Position numbers and translations under genes: made by a program
The notes under the pieces: generated by a model
The model's database searches: none
Seen by the model: the letters and a program-made list of their open reading frames with translations, nothing else
What the model was told of the DNA's origin: nothing
In this document: positions 12,253 to 24,845 of the stretch, piece by piece
How the letters are laid out: each line of letters begins with the position of its first letter
Numbering within the stretch: position 1 is the first letter of the stretch
Source: Squalus acanthias
Lineage: Eukaryota
Assembly: GCA_030390025.1 (NCBI GenBank)
Contig: CM059432.1
Location: forward strand, 21,516,001-21,580,000
Direction of reading: 5' to 3'
DNA: 64,000 nucleotides

Positions 12253-12658
12253 AAAGGGAAGGCTGAGGGGTGACCTAATAGAGGTCTTTAACATTATGAA
12301 AGGGCTTGATAGGGTAGATGTAGAGAAGATGTTTCCACTTGTGGGAGAGTTCAAAACTAGCGGTCATAAATATAAGATAGTCACTACCAAATCCAATAAG
12401 GAATTCAGGAGAAACTCCTTTACCCAGGGAGTGGTGAGAATGTGGAACTCGCTACCACGTTGAGTAGTTGAGGCAAATAGCATGGATGCATTTAAGAGGA
12501 AGCTAGATAAGTTCATGAGGGAGAAAGGAATAGAAGTTTATGCTGATAAGGTGAGATGAAGTAGGGCGAAAGGAGGCTTATGTGGAGCATAAACATCGAC
12601 AGAGACCAGTTGGGCCGAATGGCCTGGTTCTGTGCTGTAATTTCTATGTAATTCTATG
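12253..12658 (+). mobile_element. CR1 LINE 3' fragment
   Basis: RLRGDLIEV-type sequence, gggccgaatggcct stem and (ttctatgtaa) tail. Confidence 0.85.
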
Positions 12659-13019
12659 CAAATATACTTTAGCTGTTCATCATTAAAATCCAATTGCTGG
12701 AAAGTGGCACTATTTCGACCTCCTTACCCCACATGGCCCTGTTTATTTTCTGGATCCCTCACAACTCTCTAAGTCCACAGCATGCCGATTGGGAACATGG
12801 AGACCTGTCTTTTGTTCATTAGCACTGTGCAATTATGTAATTTGAGATAATTTTAACCAGGCAGTTTGATGAAATTAACATCATGATATCAGAGGCACTA
12901 AATTGGCTTTGCGTGTTCAGTGGGCCAGAGACCGAGCCAATAGATCTGGTGGCAGCTCACGGAGCCCACAGCAAAGAGGGACATTGTTGCCATTGGAAGA
13001 ACGGCTGCTTCCTTCATAT

Positions 13020-14498
13020 TTAGACATGCCAGCCAACAATGGTGCGACATCGCCCATCACACCCAGCATCATGGCTGGGTCCACAAGATTTCTCATGGAG
13101 TTGCCCATCATTTCCATCCTGGAAATCATGGGCTCCAAGCTCTGTGCAAAGCCCCGTGCAATGTTGGAGCCGGGCTCCTCCATGCTCCTTGACACTGACA
13201 AGAGGCTCTCTGGCTGGCTTGCCATTGCACCAAGCATTTCTGTGTTCATGCTCATCACCCTTCTTCAGAAGGCCGCCCCATCGACGACATCTTCAGACAT
13301 CATCAGAATCCTGTGCAGCAGAACTCATGCGCGAACTCTTCCTCCGGGGAGCTGGCACCCAAGCTACACTTTTCCCCTGGCCTGGCTGCAGCCCACTCAT
13401 GCCCGGTGACTCACCCTGAGCAGATTCCGCTTCTATACTACCTTCTAAAGTCCGAGCAGTGCCATTTTCTGAGCTGGTGCCTGCAAGTGTCAGATGCAGT
13501 GACAGTGTGTCTTCTTCTCCTCCTTCACAGTCCTCGGCAACTGGCTGGCCAGGTTGGAGTTCTTGGGTATCTGAAAGGAGAAATGCACAAGGGGCGGGTT
13601 GTGGTGAGGGGAGGGGGGAAAGCAGGATATCCATGCATACATCATCAGCGGCTTGTAAGTGAGAAGAGATTGTGGGATGAGGGGGAAGTGGGATGTGAGA
13701 AGAAGGATTAGATATGAGCGTACTGTCATCATCTGCAATGCTTTCCAATTCCCCGCTTGCCACGGACTCTGCTGCCCCACCAACAATCTCCAGTGCTGCT
13801 TCCTCCAGCTCTGTGAGGTTCTGCAGATGGGCAGCACTGGAGATCGTTGGTGGGGCAGCAGAGTCCGTGGCAAGCGGGGAATTGGAATTGGAAAGCATTG
13901 CAAATGATGACAGTACGCTCATATCTAATCCCCTCCATCCATCTGCTGCTGCTCCCAATGGTTATGAGCAACCTTTGCCTTCAAGAGAAAGGGAAGTGTG
14001 TCAGTGCATGTGGTGCAATGTGTTTGGGTGATGTGCCTGCCATGGTTGAATACCTGGCAGTGTGTGCAAGGTGTGAGATGTGCTTGTGAGTCTTGCAGCA
14101 GTTCTGTGTGAGGGTGAAGTGAAGCTATGATTGTAAGGTATGAGCGGTGATTGCTAGAGATTGTTGGTAGGTGAGTGATGGGGTGTGGTGCATTGAGCAG
14201 TGTGTGAGGCTTGTGGTGCAGATGGTTGGATATGGCATTTGATGACACATTCACTCACCTTCATCACTCGTGTGATGTCATTGAACTTTTTGCGGCACTG
14301 GGTCCAGGTCCTGGGGACAACGCACGTCGCACTGACGGCTTCAGCGATCTCCTCTCATGGCCTTCTGCTGCTCGGCCTTGAAGGCCTCCTGCCCCCTTGT
14401 GGGTATCGGACCCGACAGCATCTTTGAACACCCAGGGCCACGGCCTCCAGTGCCGCATCTGAACATCTCCACACACTTTCTCTCGGCTGTTGGGTCAT
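13020..14498 (-). pseudogene. Decayed 3-exon Myb/SANT-like gene of a PIF/Harbinger transposon
   Basis: Exon 1 (14498-14259, 80 codons): MTQQPRESVWRCSDAALEAV..P*EEIAEAVSATCVVPRTWTQCRKKFNDITRVMK|gtgagt. Exon 2 starts at 13978 (AKVAHNHWEQQQMDGG..LTELEEAALEIVG); exon 3 starts at 13570. Contains an in-frame stop and a frameshift. Confidence 0.8.
13705..13931. repeat. Long inverted repeat (~95-bp arms, ~30-nt loop)
   Basis: 13705-13799 is the near-perfect reverse complement of 13831-13931 (a few substitutions and one 6-nt duplication). Confidence 0.95.
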
Positions 14499-15255
14499 GG
14501 CTTTCTACACAATCACGATGAGGTGCTTCTGCATCAAAGCACCTCCCCTTTAAGTAGTGCAGAGAGCCTCGGCCAAACTTGATTGACCAGTAGACTGCAC
14601 CCGATAGTGGCCCCGCGTATTCAGCGCAAAGCCAATCAGCAGCGCATTTAGCAGTGCAGCAATCATTTTAATGAGCAGGCAGCACGAATTTTGCATGCTG
14701 CCTGCACCACTTCGAACTGGCGTGGGCACATATCGCATCGCGCTGCCGTTTATCCAACTTCCAACTTATCCCGTTCATCCAACTTCAAGGCCAACGGCTT
14801 TCTCAACCTCAGGATGTCCCAAAGTGCTTTACAGCCAATGAAGTACTTTTTGAAGTGTAGTCACTGTTGTAATGAAGGAATCCCCTGAGCAGGGTGGGGG
14901 TGGATTATGGGGTGAAGCTGAAGAAGGGAGAGTCACATGTCACCTGGCAGTTGTATTGCTATAATGTAAAAGCAGCTTAAAAGTGCCTTCACTTGACTGG
15001 TCAAGGTACTAACATTAGGATTGCTGGCAAATCCATAACGTTCCAGGTTTTCAGAGCTGAAATATCAGCTCGTGCAATCTGATGCTGAAACGAACCACAA
15101 TTTTACAGTAGTAATGTTGCTCAGATCTCACGAGGCACTAAACTCATTATTATAATGTTAACTTGGTATACGAATAAACTAAATATTTCTCAGCAGGAGT
15201 GATCCCTACAAGAAACAACTTTTCACCAATACAGAATTGTGACTTAAAATTCAGG

Positions 15256-15490
15256 ATGGAAGATTCAATGTTGAAGAAATGTTTTACTGATGCAGTGATG
15301 AATTTGGTTGCGCAAGAGATACTGGCCAGGAAGACAATGATATTTGGCTCGGGTACACTCCACTAATTCACATGCAAGAGAGCAAGGCTGGGAGGAAGTC
15401 ATTAATAGTGTCAACATCATGTGCACCAACCATAGAAGTTGAAATGAGGCTGGGAAATGATTCCATGACAGCAAAAAGAAAATTCAGTGA
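15256..15490 (+). pseudogene. Myb/SANT-like domain fossil (Harbinger/NAIF1-like)
   Basis: MEDSMLKKCFTDAVMNLVAQEILARKTMIFG, frameshift, then QGWEEVINSVNIMCTNHRS*NEAGK*FHDSKKK. Confidence 0.6.
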
Positions 15491-15888
15491 AATCTAACAT
15501 TTAATAACACACAACTCTTGATGATGGACCTCAGGAGATTCCTTACCTGAAGAAGCTACCATGGAATTATTTGGCCTGATAAATCTGGGAAGTGACAAAA
15601 GGCAAGATGAGAGTATCTGCCCATTTCCTTGTTATTTTTTGCAAAGTACCTTACTGACTAAGAGGTTTAGCCTGCCGTAAGAGTTTACCTTCTTAATACA
15701 TAATTTGCCTTGCAGTTGGTACACACGAGCATTACTTTGACTCTCATATTATCTTATATTATCTAATCTTGTGTTCTTTACGCACAACATCCTTGATATC
15801 TGGACTTCACAATATAGCTGCATCACACATGGTCATAGAAGATACTCAGACAACCACTACTACTCGATTAGGCATTAACACAGACATA

Positions 15889-16991
15889 GGGGGCTAGAAA
15901 TTCAACAACTTACCGCCACACTGTAGTGCCATGAAATGGCAAAAAATGGCGGCCAACTGGTGGCGGGTCCTGTGGCCGCCACCATTTCTTTCCCTCCCTT
16001 TGCGCTGCCACTAACTTGCCCTGGAAAATACATGGCGGCGTGGTGACGTCAATCGGCGTGCAACGCTGACTTAACGTCATCACTCTGAACTTTGACCCTA
16101 GATCTGAATTCAGCGCTGGGTCCTAAGCACACCAGGTAAACCAGGCTGACTGTGGTGATATCAGCACCTCTTAAAGGGACACACACATCTTTCAGGTAAG
16201 TTTGGATTTAAGCCTTTGGACTGGATTTTTTTGATTTTATTGAAGTAGTGGCTTGCTGCAATAGATGTTAAAAGTTTTTGAAGTGTGCAGGGAGTGCTGC
16301 TGGATGCTTGCACGGCCTCAGATAGTAAAGGAAGGCCTCTGAGAAAACAGAAAATGCTGCAAATACTCAGCAGGTCAGGCAACATCTAAGGAGAGATAAA
16401 CAGAGTTCACGTCTCAGGTTGAGATGCTGCCTGACCAGCTGAGTATTTCCAGCATTTTATGCTGTTATTTCAGATTTACAGCATCTGCTCGCAGAGGGAA
16501 GAGGAAGACACTGAAGAGGAAGAAGCCTGCTGACTTTCAGTGGGGGACACTGCAAATGGCCTTGCAGGTTGACCTTGAGTAGCTGGTGGCTGGGAGTGTC
16601 AAATCAAGTGATTCTTGTGATCATCATCAATATCCTCCTCCTCCTCCTCCTCCTCCTCCTCCTCCAGCATCTCCACCATCATTACCATCATTTCTTGGGC
16701 GTGCAAAATGAGGAAGGCCCCTTTAATTCATAGCCCTTTTAATTGCCCACAATTCCTTGTGAGCTCCACAGCCTCGCTCCCAGAGGCTGTGCGAAGCTCG
16801 AGCACCACTTCAGGTCGGGAACTTCACCTCGGAGGTCTCCACTAATGCACGGAAGGTTAGCGCTGTGTCACCAATCTCCAGCCCCCCAAGATGAATTTAT
16901 TCTCCTTAGAGTTGCGGCCGTTTTCAGCGGTCGTTAACTCCAGTTGCCAGTGACACCGGCAAATTGCGTGGCGAACACGAATTTCTAGGCC
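15889..16991. mobile_element. Non-autonomous TIR element (Harbinger-like)
   Basis: Termini GGGGGCTAGAAATTC / GAATTTCTAGGCC; contains a (CCT)n tract at ~16634-16665 and a nested Penelope-end fold-back. No clear TSD. Confidence 0.55.
16345..16488. repeat. Fold-back of a Penelope 3' terminal segment
   Basis: aaatgctgcaaatactcagcaggtcaggcaacatct ... agatgctgcctgaccagctgagtatttccagcattt; both arms match the Penelope tail at 23295-23335. Confidence 0.75.
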
Positions 16992-17289
16992 AGAATCATT
17001 TGAACTTTCATAACTTCTTGAGTCACCCTGAAGAAGCACCCTCAGACTACCTCCACTAGTTAAAGGTGGATTGAAGACCCAAATAAAGATGCACAGTGAT
17101 CCTATACTAAAGACCCAAACAAAGGAATTGTTAGGTGCAGAAATCAGTAGACCTGCCTTCAAACTGAGGGTGGTGGAACACGAGCACCATGTGAACAATG
17201 ATATGTTCTTCGTCAATTTTTTGCCACCAATTTTCTTCTCTCCTGTACTGTTCTGAAGCTGGATTATGAATCTATGGTTTTGGGACAAC

Positions 17290-17600
17290 TTTGGTAACCT
17301 TTATTCACTTGTGAGACTTGGCAGTTAAGCTGGCTGTTTGGCCACATTGAGTTCAGTGTGTCCTCACCTTACGTAGACACATGCACGCATCCAACAGGTG
17401 TGACTGGATAATGATTAGGAGCCAAAACGCTGGGCAGTTTTTCCCCTTCTTAAACCAGGGCACTGAGTCCAATTGCAACCCCCACACTGTCACCCTGGCA
17501 GAAATCACCTAACACTATACAAATTGGGGATCTAATCTGGGACTATCCTGGTCTGTGTGGCTCATCTCTGCTATTAGTGGTTAAACTCACCGAGTCATCA
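17290..17600 (-). mobile_element. LF-SINE-like element
   Basis: Reverse complement resembles 6125-6490 and 57430-57740 (caattggactcagtgccctgg; gtgaggacac). Confidence 0.45.
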
Positions 17601-18819
17601 GGGAACCTTTTTTGTTGACAGATTTGGCAATCTTTTTCTGATGTCAGAAACAGGCATTGAATGATTGTAACCTCAAGAGATGAAATTGTCAACCCAAGTA
17701 CCATGACAGTTAATGGGTCATTTTACTGTCAGAACAAATTTCTCTTGACATGTATTGAAAAAAGCAATAAAACACATATATTAACCGTGTAAACAGTGCT
17801 TTGAATTGTGACAAATGCGTTTAACTCAATGACAAACATTTGCTGTGGCTGGACTAAAATCAGGGTCCGGTTTAACTGTAATACCCAAGGTCAAGGCTGT
17901 CCATGAGTGTGTCGCAGCCTTTGGGCAAGGTGAGCATAGGGGAAAAATTGGAGGAGAGAAGAAATGTCTTCAAAGTTGAAAATAATTCCCCGAGAAATTT
18001 GAAGAATGCTGAGAAATTAAGTTGCAGAAATGGGACTTTTCTAAATATAGAGTTCTAAAAAGTGTCTTTTCACCCCTCAGTCACAGATGAAGGTAAGCTG
18101 CCTGTAAAGTAGCTGGTGTAGATAATTAAAATACATCAAACATGGATGAAAAAGAACATGGGGAAAAACAATATAGAATATAGCAGTCAACAAGATAGTA
18201 ATTTATTTATGAATGCCATAAGGACAACATTCACTGTAGAAAATTCACAGTAACAAAACCAAATAACTAAAGGGGGAATAGTGTGTACTGTCATTCATGA
18301 CTTTAAGCAATTAACTGAAAATCAACCAGCCAAGGAGGAAAATGCGTTGCATCATTCCTGATTACAGGAGGCAGATCATTAGCTGGAGGCTAGGTATCGG
18401 GAGAGAATAACAAATTCTCACTTTCCAAACTTAATGAGAAGCAGATCACTAACTATAAAAGATAATGATTCCCCTTCCTCCGATCTTCACTTAACCAAAG
18501 TCAAGATATAACAACGTCTGAGGACATGTGGTTTATGAAAGGAGGACTCCAATTATAAAAGCTGAAGTTCTGGAACTGAATATACTACCTCTGGGACACA
18601 CAATATTAAATTGATAAGAAAAATAAGAGATCATGTATTATCGGCACAAAGAGAGGCCATTTGACCCAAAGCACTTGTGCCAGTGCTAACTCCAGATTAC
18701 ACTTCTTTGGGCTGAATTTAACCCGGTGTAAATGGGAAGGTAGCAGCCTGAAAATAATAGGGATGACCTTAGCACCCCAGTTATACTCTTGATCCACTCG
18801 CTGCCATCTTGTGTCGGTT

Positions 18820-20299
18820 GCTGAGAAGGACCACTCAGGCACCTACCTGTCCAATGCCTCAAGCGCTGCACCTGGAAAACCTTCCTAAATGCAGGGCTGT
18901 TCAAGTCGGCATCTCTGCTCTCTGAAGCAGGTCATGGAGCCGGGCTCACCCATGGGCCAGCAACGCTCATTACAGCCCCCTTCCACTTTGCCAGCTGCTG
19001 CTCAATAGTAAAGTGAGATTCACCCTCTCCGGGATTTCTGTGCTGGTGCTTGGGAAGGATTGAATGGGTGGCAGTGCATCTTCTTGAGGTTGCTTCCCCT
19101 CGCTCTCTGCCACAGCAGTATCTGAGTCATGGGAAGGATATGTAAAAACAAGAGAGGGAAAAGGGTCAGCAGGTTAGGGTGCGATAGTAGTTATGCGGCC
19201 GTACCAGGTTACCACACTGTCTGTGTATATTTTTGCTTGAGGAAGAAAGAAAAGATAAGAGAAATTGGCAGACACTCTGCTGAACAAGTCCACCAGCCTC
19301 TGCAACCCTGACGTGCCTCGAGATGCCTGTCCTCATTGTTTCCAAATGCGACTTTGGATCTATGGTTCCCAAAGCTCTTCACCCCTGGGGTTTTCCTTGC
19401 ATCATGTCTAGGTCTGTTGTACACTAATTGATAGAGATTGATTGCTATGATTAGTCAACAACTCCATTATCATTTTATCTAGTGACTACCAAGATGGTAG
19501 AAAGCAAACTAGATGGACCTTGCTCTTTTTTAGTATAGCAATTCCTATGTTCCTGTGTTCCACTGCCTCCTGCTCCACTGAGGCTTGAAGGGAAGCTGGC
19601 CCTCCGTTGGTTCTGGTCCTTTCCCTGAAGTTGTGCGACAGCTTGTCCTGAAGAAAGGTGGGGAGCGAGTTAGTGTTTGGCTGCTGTAAACGATTGTGCG
19701 GAAGTCTGAGGCAGCTTGACATAGTATGAATGCTGAGAGGGTGAAGCAGCAAGTAGTGGACAGGATGGGGAGGTGGTACATTGCACGGAAGTGTCTGCAT
19801 TCTAACATGTGCAACTGGTTAGGAGAAGGGTGGAATGTTTTTCAGTTGTTAACGAGTGAAAGCAGAATGCTGCCTGTGCCGGTTGTGAGGGGCGCAGCTG
19901 CTGGTGAGTTTGGGATTGCAACGAGAAGGAAGGTTGGTGCAGTTGTGCTTGGAGGAGAAGCATATGGAACAGGGGAGGGGAGTACTTGAAATATTGCAGG
20001 GTAGCAAAGTGCTGCGGTAAGCTTTGATGCAGAGGATGAGATAGAGCAGGAACTGATTCACACCTTGGCTGATCGGGTAAGGTCGTTAAACCTCTTTCGA
20101 CACTGCGCTCATGATTTGGGGCTGATGTTTGCAGCTTTCACATCTTACGCCACCTCTCTCCACACCTGCGACAGTCTCTGCCTCAGCACCCTGCTGCCAC
20201 CTGGGGGGGGTGGGGGTAACAAGATATATGTCTCCGAGTCTCAACCTGTTTCAGCAGGGCTTCCACTGATGCATCCGAAAACCTGGGTGTCCTTTCCAT
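18820..20299 (-). pseudogene. Second decayed spliced Myb/SANT-like Harbinger gene
   Basis: Exon 1 (20299-20064): MERTPRFSDASVEALLKQVETRRH..VWREVA*DVKAANISPKS*AQCRKRFNDLTRSAK|gtgtga. Exon 2 starts at 19647: DKLSHNFRERTRTNGGPASL. First intron at the same position as in the 13-14.5 kb copy. Confidence 0.75.
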
Positions 20300-20945
20300 G
20301 TACCATCTCTCACTGAATGTTCAGCAGCAACAACCACAGAATCTCGCCAAAAATAAAAGACACCTCACTTTAAGAGGTGCACACTCGATTTAAATAGGCC
20401 CTGAGCTTGCCGGAAATCCCCCCCCTCTGAATAGGCGGGCTGCCCATCAGGGCTGGAAAACGCGTGGGCAGCTTACCAATGAAATTCAAATGGTTCAGGC
20501 CTCTCACTGAATCCACCAGGCGCCAGAAATGAAAATCAACACCAGCCATTCTCAGCCCATTTCCCAGTAACTTCCTATATTTTTCTTCTTCAAGTGTTCA
20601 CCTGATTCCCTCTTAAGATGTCATGATTGACTCCGCTTCACCTGTCATAATGCATTCCACACCCTAATAATCCTTTATATGAAATTAGGGAGATATGGAA
20701 AAAATATGAGGCAGCTAAGATGCAATAACTGATTACACTACAGTGAAATGGACTGCAATATGAGCTAAAGGCTTACGAAGTAATAGATACAATAATAAAA
20801 TAGTAAGTGTAATAAGATAGCAGTAAATCAATAATGAAGGTATGAAAGAGCAAAAGAGATAAACGTAACAAATGGTAAAAATATTAAATTAAAAAGAATG
20901 ATATCTAACATCATACAAGGTAAATGCAATAATTGCTGAGATTAT

Positions 20946-21350
20946 GGCCCAGAATTTGCTGGAGTGGGGGATCTCATGGTGTGCTATTAGTTAGACTTGT
21001 TCCTGCTCCCTTCAAGTTGCTGAAAGTGCGAGCTGATAACGGCGCGGCGAAAGGCAACAGGGCATTTGGGACTTTGGTGAACGACGAGACCAACAGTGTA
21101 TCTCGTCAGCCAATGAGATTTAAGGATTGAGAAATAAGCAGACAGGAGGACTGAGAAGGAGGGTGAATTAGATGCAGCAACTTCAGGAAAAGTACGGGGA
21201 GGTTAAGCGTGTTTTTGCGAAGCTAACGGTGGAAGCAACTTGTGGCAATTCGCAATTCACAGGGTATCTCTTCCTCACCACAAGTTGCTGGCCGATTTGA
21301 ACATTAATAACGTTGTTCGCATGCTATTATTTTTCAGCAAATTCGAGGCC
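20946..21350. mobile_element. MITE-like element
   Basis: TIRs GGCCCAGAATTTGCTG / CAGCAAATTCGAGGCC. Confidence 0.6.
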
Positions 21351-21775
21351 ATGCTGTTTCTTATCATATGGCATAATCAATGAAATGAATTGGCAGATGA
21401 ATAATATATACAGTGAAATCTTAGAGTAATAAATATATTAGTCTAAATCTAATTCACATAGAAATCATCTATTCAGTCCTTCGAATGCTTCTGAAGGGAG
21501 AAAAACTTACCTTCATTTGCAATACCTCAACAGTTTCACTCTCATCACATATCTACTCTTAAGATATTGTACTGATATCCTTGAGCGCAAACATTCAGCA
21601 ACACATATGCAATGGATACTGCACAATGATAAATGAAGCCAACATAATGGACAATGTGGAATAATAAATGATTGATGAGATACAAAATGTAATGGAAAGC
21701 AAATTAAAATAATATATAACAATAACTTAACAGAAACTTAACTGGGCCAGCCACATAAATACTGTGGCAACAAGA

Positions 21776-23342
21776 GCATGGGTCCTAGCTATGCCTGCCT
21801 TTTCGTGAGATATGTGGAACACTCTTTGTTCCAGTCCTACTTAGGTCCCCTCCCTCACCTCTTTTTCCAGTACACTGATGACTGTATCGGTGCCGTTTCC
21901 TGCTCTCGCTCTGAACTAGATAATTTCATTCACTTTGCTTCCAATTTCCACCCTTCCCTCACCTTCACATGGTCCATCTCCGACTCTTCCCTTCCCTTCC
22001 TCGACTTCTCCGTCTCCATCTCTGGGGATAGGTTATTGACAAATATTCACTACAAGCCCACTGACTCCCACAGCTACCTGGACTACACTTCCTCCCACTC
22101 CGCTTCCTGTAAGGACTCTATTCCATTCTCCCAGTTTCTTCATCTTTGCCGCATCTGCTCTGACGATACCACCTTCCATACCAGTGCTTCTGACATGTCT
22201 TCCTCTTTCCTCCACCGAGGAATCCCCTCTACAGTGGTTGATATGGCCCTTGACCGTGTCCATTCTATCTCCCGCACTTCTGCCCTCACCCCTGCCCCTC
22301 CCTTCTGGAACCACGACAGAGTTCCCCTTGTCCTCACCTTTCACCCCACCAGCCTCCACATTCAACGGATCATCCTCCGCCATTTCCGCCACCTCCAGCG
22401 TGATCCCACCACCAAACGCATCTTCCCCTCACCTCCCCTTTCAGCATTCCGTAGGGACCGCTCCCTCCGCGACACCCTAGTCCACTCCTCTATCACCCCC
22501 AACACCCCTTCCCCTTCGCCCGACACCTTCCCGTGAAAGCGCAGGAGATGCAACACATGCCCTTATACCTCCCCTCTTCCCACTGTCCAGGGCCCCAAAC
22601 ACCCCTTCCAGGTGAAACAGCGATTTACTTGTACTTCTTGCAATTTAGTATACTGTATTCGCTGCTCACGATGTGGTCTCCTCTACATTGGGGAAACCAA
22701 ACGCAGATTGGGTGACCGTTTTGCGGAACACCTCCGTTCAGTCTGTAAGTGGGACCCCGAGCTTCTGGTCGCCTGTCACTTTAATTCTCCGCTCCACTTC
22801 CACTCAGACCTCACCGTCCTCGACCTCTTTCATTGTTCCACGGAAGCTCAGCGTAAGCTCGAGGAACAGCACCTCATCTTTCGATTAGGCACTTTACAGA
22901 CTTCTGGACTCAACATAGAGTTCAACAATTTCAGATCATAACCTCGGCCCCTCTCATATATATATATTTTATCCACACTCTTTGTCTGCCTTTTTTTCTT
23001 CTCCCCCACATGGCAGCTGTCTTTCATTCTGCCAGCGCAATTTACACTTCATCTAGAGCCATCCTTTGTTTCTTAACCTGTCCCATTACCATCTCCTTTT
23101 GCCTTGAATATCTCTTAATGTCTCTTAACCTCTTCCGCCTTCTATCCTATCACAGACCTTCTCTTTTGTTCTTTCATCCCCTCCCCCCTTTCCCAGCTTC
23201 TACCCTTGCTTAAAAATCTGTTCCATTTCCTGCTTTTTTCCAGTTCTGACGAAAGGTCATCGACCTGAAACGTTATCTCTGTTTCTCTCTTCACAGATGC
23301 TGCCTGACCTGCTGAGTTTCTCCAGCATTTTCTGTTTTGATT
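21776..23342 (+). mobile_element. Penelope-like element, 5'-truncated (RT C-terminus plus GIY-YIG endonuclease)
   Basis: MGPSYACLF..FFQYTDDC..LPFLD..IHYKPTD; NLVYCIRCSRCGLLYIGETKRRLGDRFAEH; premature TGA at 22534, where the 43-kb copy has TGC. Confidence 0.92.
23242..23278 (+). ncRNA. Hammerhead ribozyme motif, partly degenerate
   Basis: AGTT-CTGACGA-A-AGGTC/ATC/GACCT-GAAA-CGTT-ATCT; the stem I partner carries a mismatch. Confidence 0.6.
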
Positions 23343-23344
23343 TT

Positions 23345-23957
23345 AGAGCAGGTCAGAGGCTGGGTATTCTGCGGCGAGTGTCTCACCTCCTGACTCCCCA
23401 AAGCCTTTCCACCATCTACAAGGCACAAGTCAAGAGTGTGATGGAATACTCTCCACTTGCCTGGATGAGTGCAGCTCCAACAACACTCAAGAAGCTCGAC
23501 ACCATCCAAGACAAAGCAGCCCGCTTGATCGGCACCCCATCCACCACATTAAACATTCACTCCCTCCATCATCGGTGTACGGTGGCTGCAGTGTGTACTA
23601 TCTACAAGATGCACTGCAGCAACTCGCCAAGGCTTCTTCGACAGCACCTCCCAAACCCACGACCTCTACCACCTAGAAGGACAAGGGCAGCAGGCGCATG
23701 GGAACACCACCACCTCCAAGTTCCCTTCCAAGTCACACATAATCCTGACTTGGAAGTATATTGTCATTCCTTCATTGCCATTGGGTCAAAATCCTAGAAC
23801 CCCCTCCTTAACAGCACTGTCGGAGTACTTTCACCACAAGCACTGCAACGGTTCAAGAAGGCGGTTCACCACCACCTTCTCAAGGGCGACTAGGGATGGG
23901 TAATAAATGCTGGCCTTGCCAGCGATGCCCACATCCCACAAACAAATAGAAAAAAAA
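23345..23957 (+). mobile_element. LINE (CR1/L2 group) 3' fragment
   Basis: RAGQRLGILRRVSHLLTPQSLSTIYKAQVKSVMEYSPLAWMSA..LDTIQDKAARLIG; 3' UTR with AATAAA and an A-rich end. Confidence 0.8.
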
Positions 23958-24156
23958 CATTTCATCAGATCTAATGATATAATAACAGGGGACGTGATGA
24001 GAAGTAACTGTTTAAAAAAAGCTGTGAAACCGCAACCAAACCACAACAGTTCAACAGGAAATGCTGGTTAAACCCCACTGCACCTTCACCTGGGCAGTGA
24101 AACTACATAGGAACAGGAGTAGGCCATTTAGCCCCTTGTGCCTGTTCCAGCAATAT

Positions 24157-24845
24157 GTAGAATTACACAGAACATGCAGCACAGAAACAGACCTTTCGAC
24201 CCAGCTGGTCTATGCTGGTGTTTAAGCCTCCTCCCACCCTACTTCATCCAGCTCTATCAGCATATCCTTTCTTCCTCATGTGTTTATCTAGCTTCCCCTT
24301 AAATGCATCTATGCTATTCACCTCAACTACTCCTTGTGGTGGAGAGCTCCACAGTCTAACCATTCTCTGGATAAAGAGGTTTTTCCTGAATTCCCTATTG
24401 GATTTATTAGTGACTATCTTATATTATGGTCCTAGTTTTGGTCTCTCACACAAGTGGAAACATCTTCGCTACATCTACCCTATCTAAACCTTTCATAATT
24501 TTAAAGGCCTCTATCAGGTCACCCCTCAGCCTTCTCTTTTCCAGAAAAATGAACGTCAGCCTGTTCAATCTTTCCTGATAGGTACAACCTCTCAGTTCTG
24601 GTATCATCCTTGTAAATCTTTTTTACACCTTCACCAGTGCCTCTATATCCTTTTTATAATATGGAGACCAGATCTGTGCACAGTACTCCAAGTGTGGTCT
24701 AACCAAGGTTCTATACAAGTTTAACATAACTTCTCTGCTTTTCAATTCGATCCCTCTAGAAATGAACCCCAGTGCTTTGTTTATATTTTTATGGCCCTAT
24801 TAACCTATGTCGCTACTTTTAGTGATTTGTGTATCTGTACCCCCA
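24157..24845 (-). mobile_element. CR1 LINE 3' fragment
   Basis: Reverse complement encodes LYRTLVRPHLEYCAQIWSP- and RRLRGDLIE-type sequence plus a CR1 3' UTR. Confidence 0.85.

Noticed and set aside
12903..13409. 168-aa plus-strand ORF
   Set aside because: Antisense shadow of the Harbinger Myb gene's exon 3.
16857..17288. 143-aa minus-strand ORF
   Set aside because: Crosses a MITE boundary, starts at a non-ATG codon and has no recognisable motifs.
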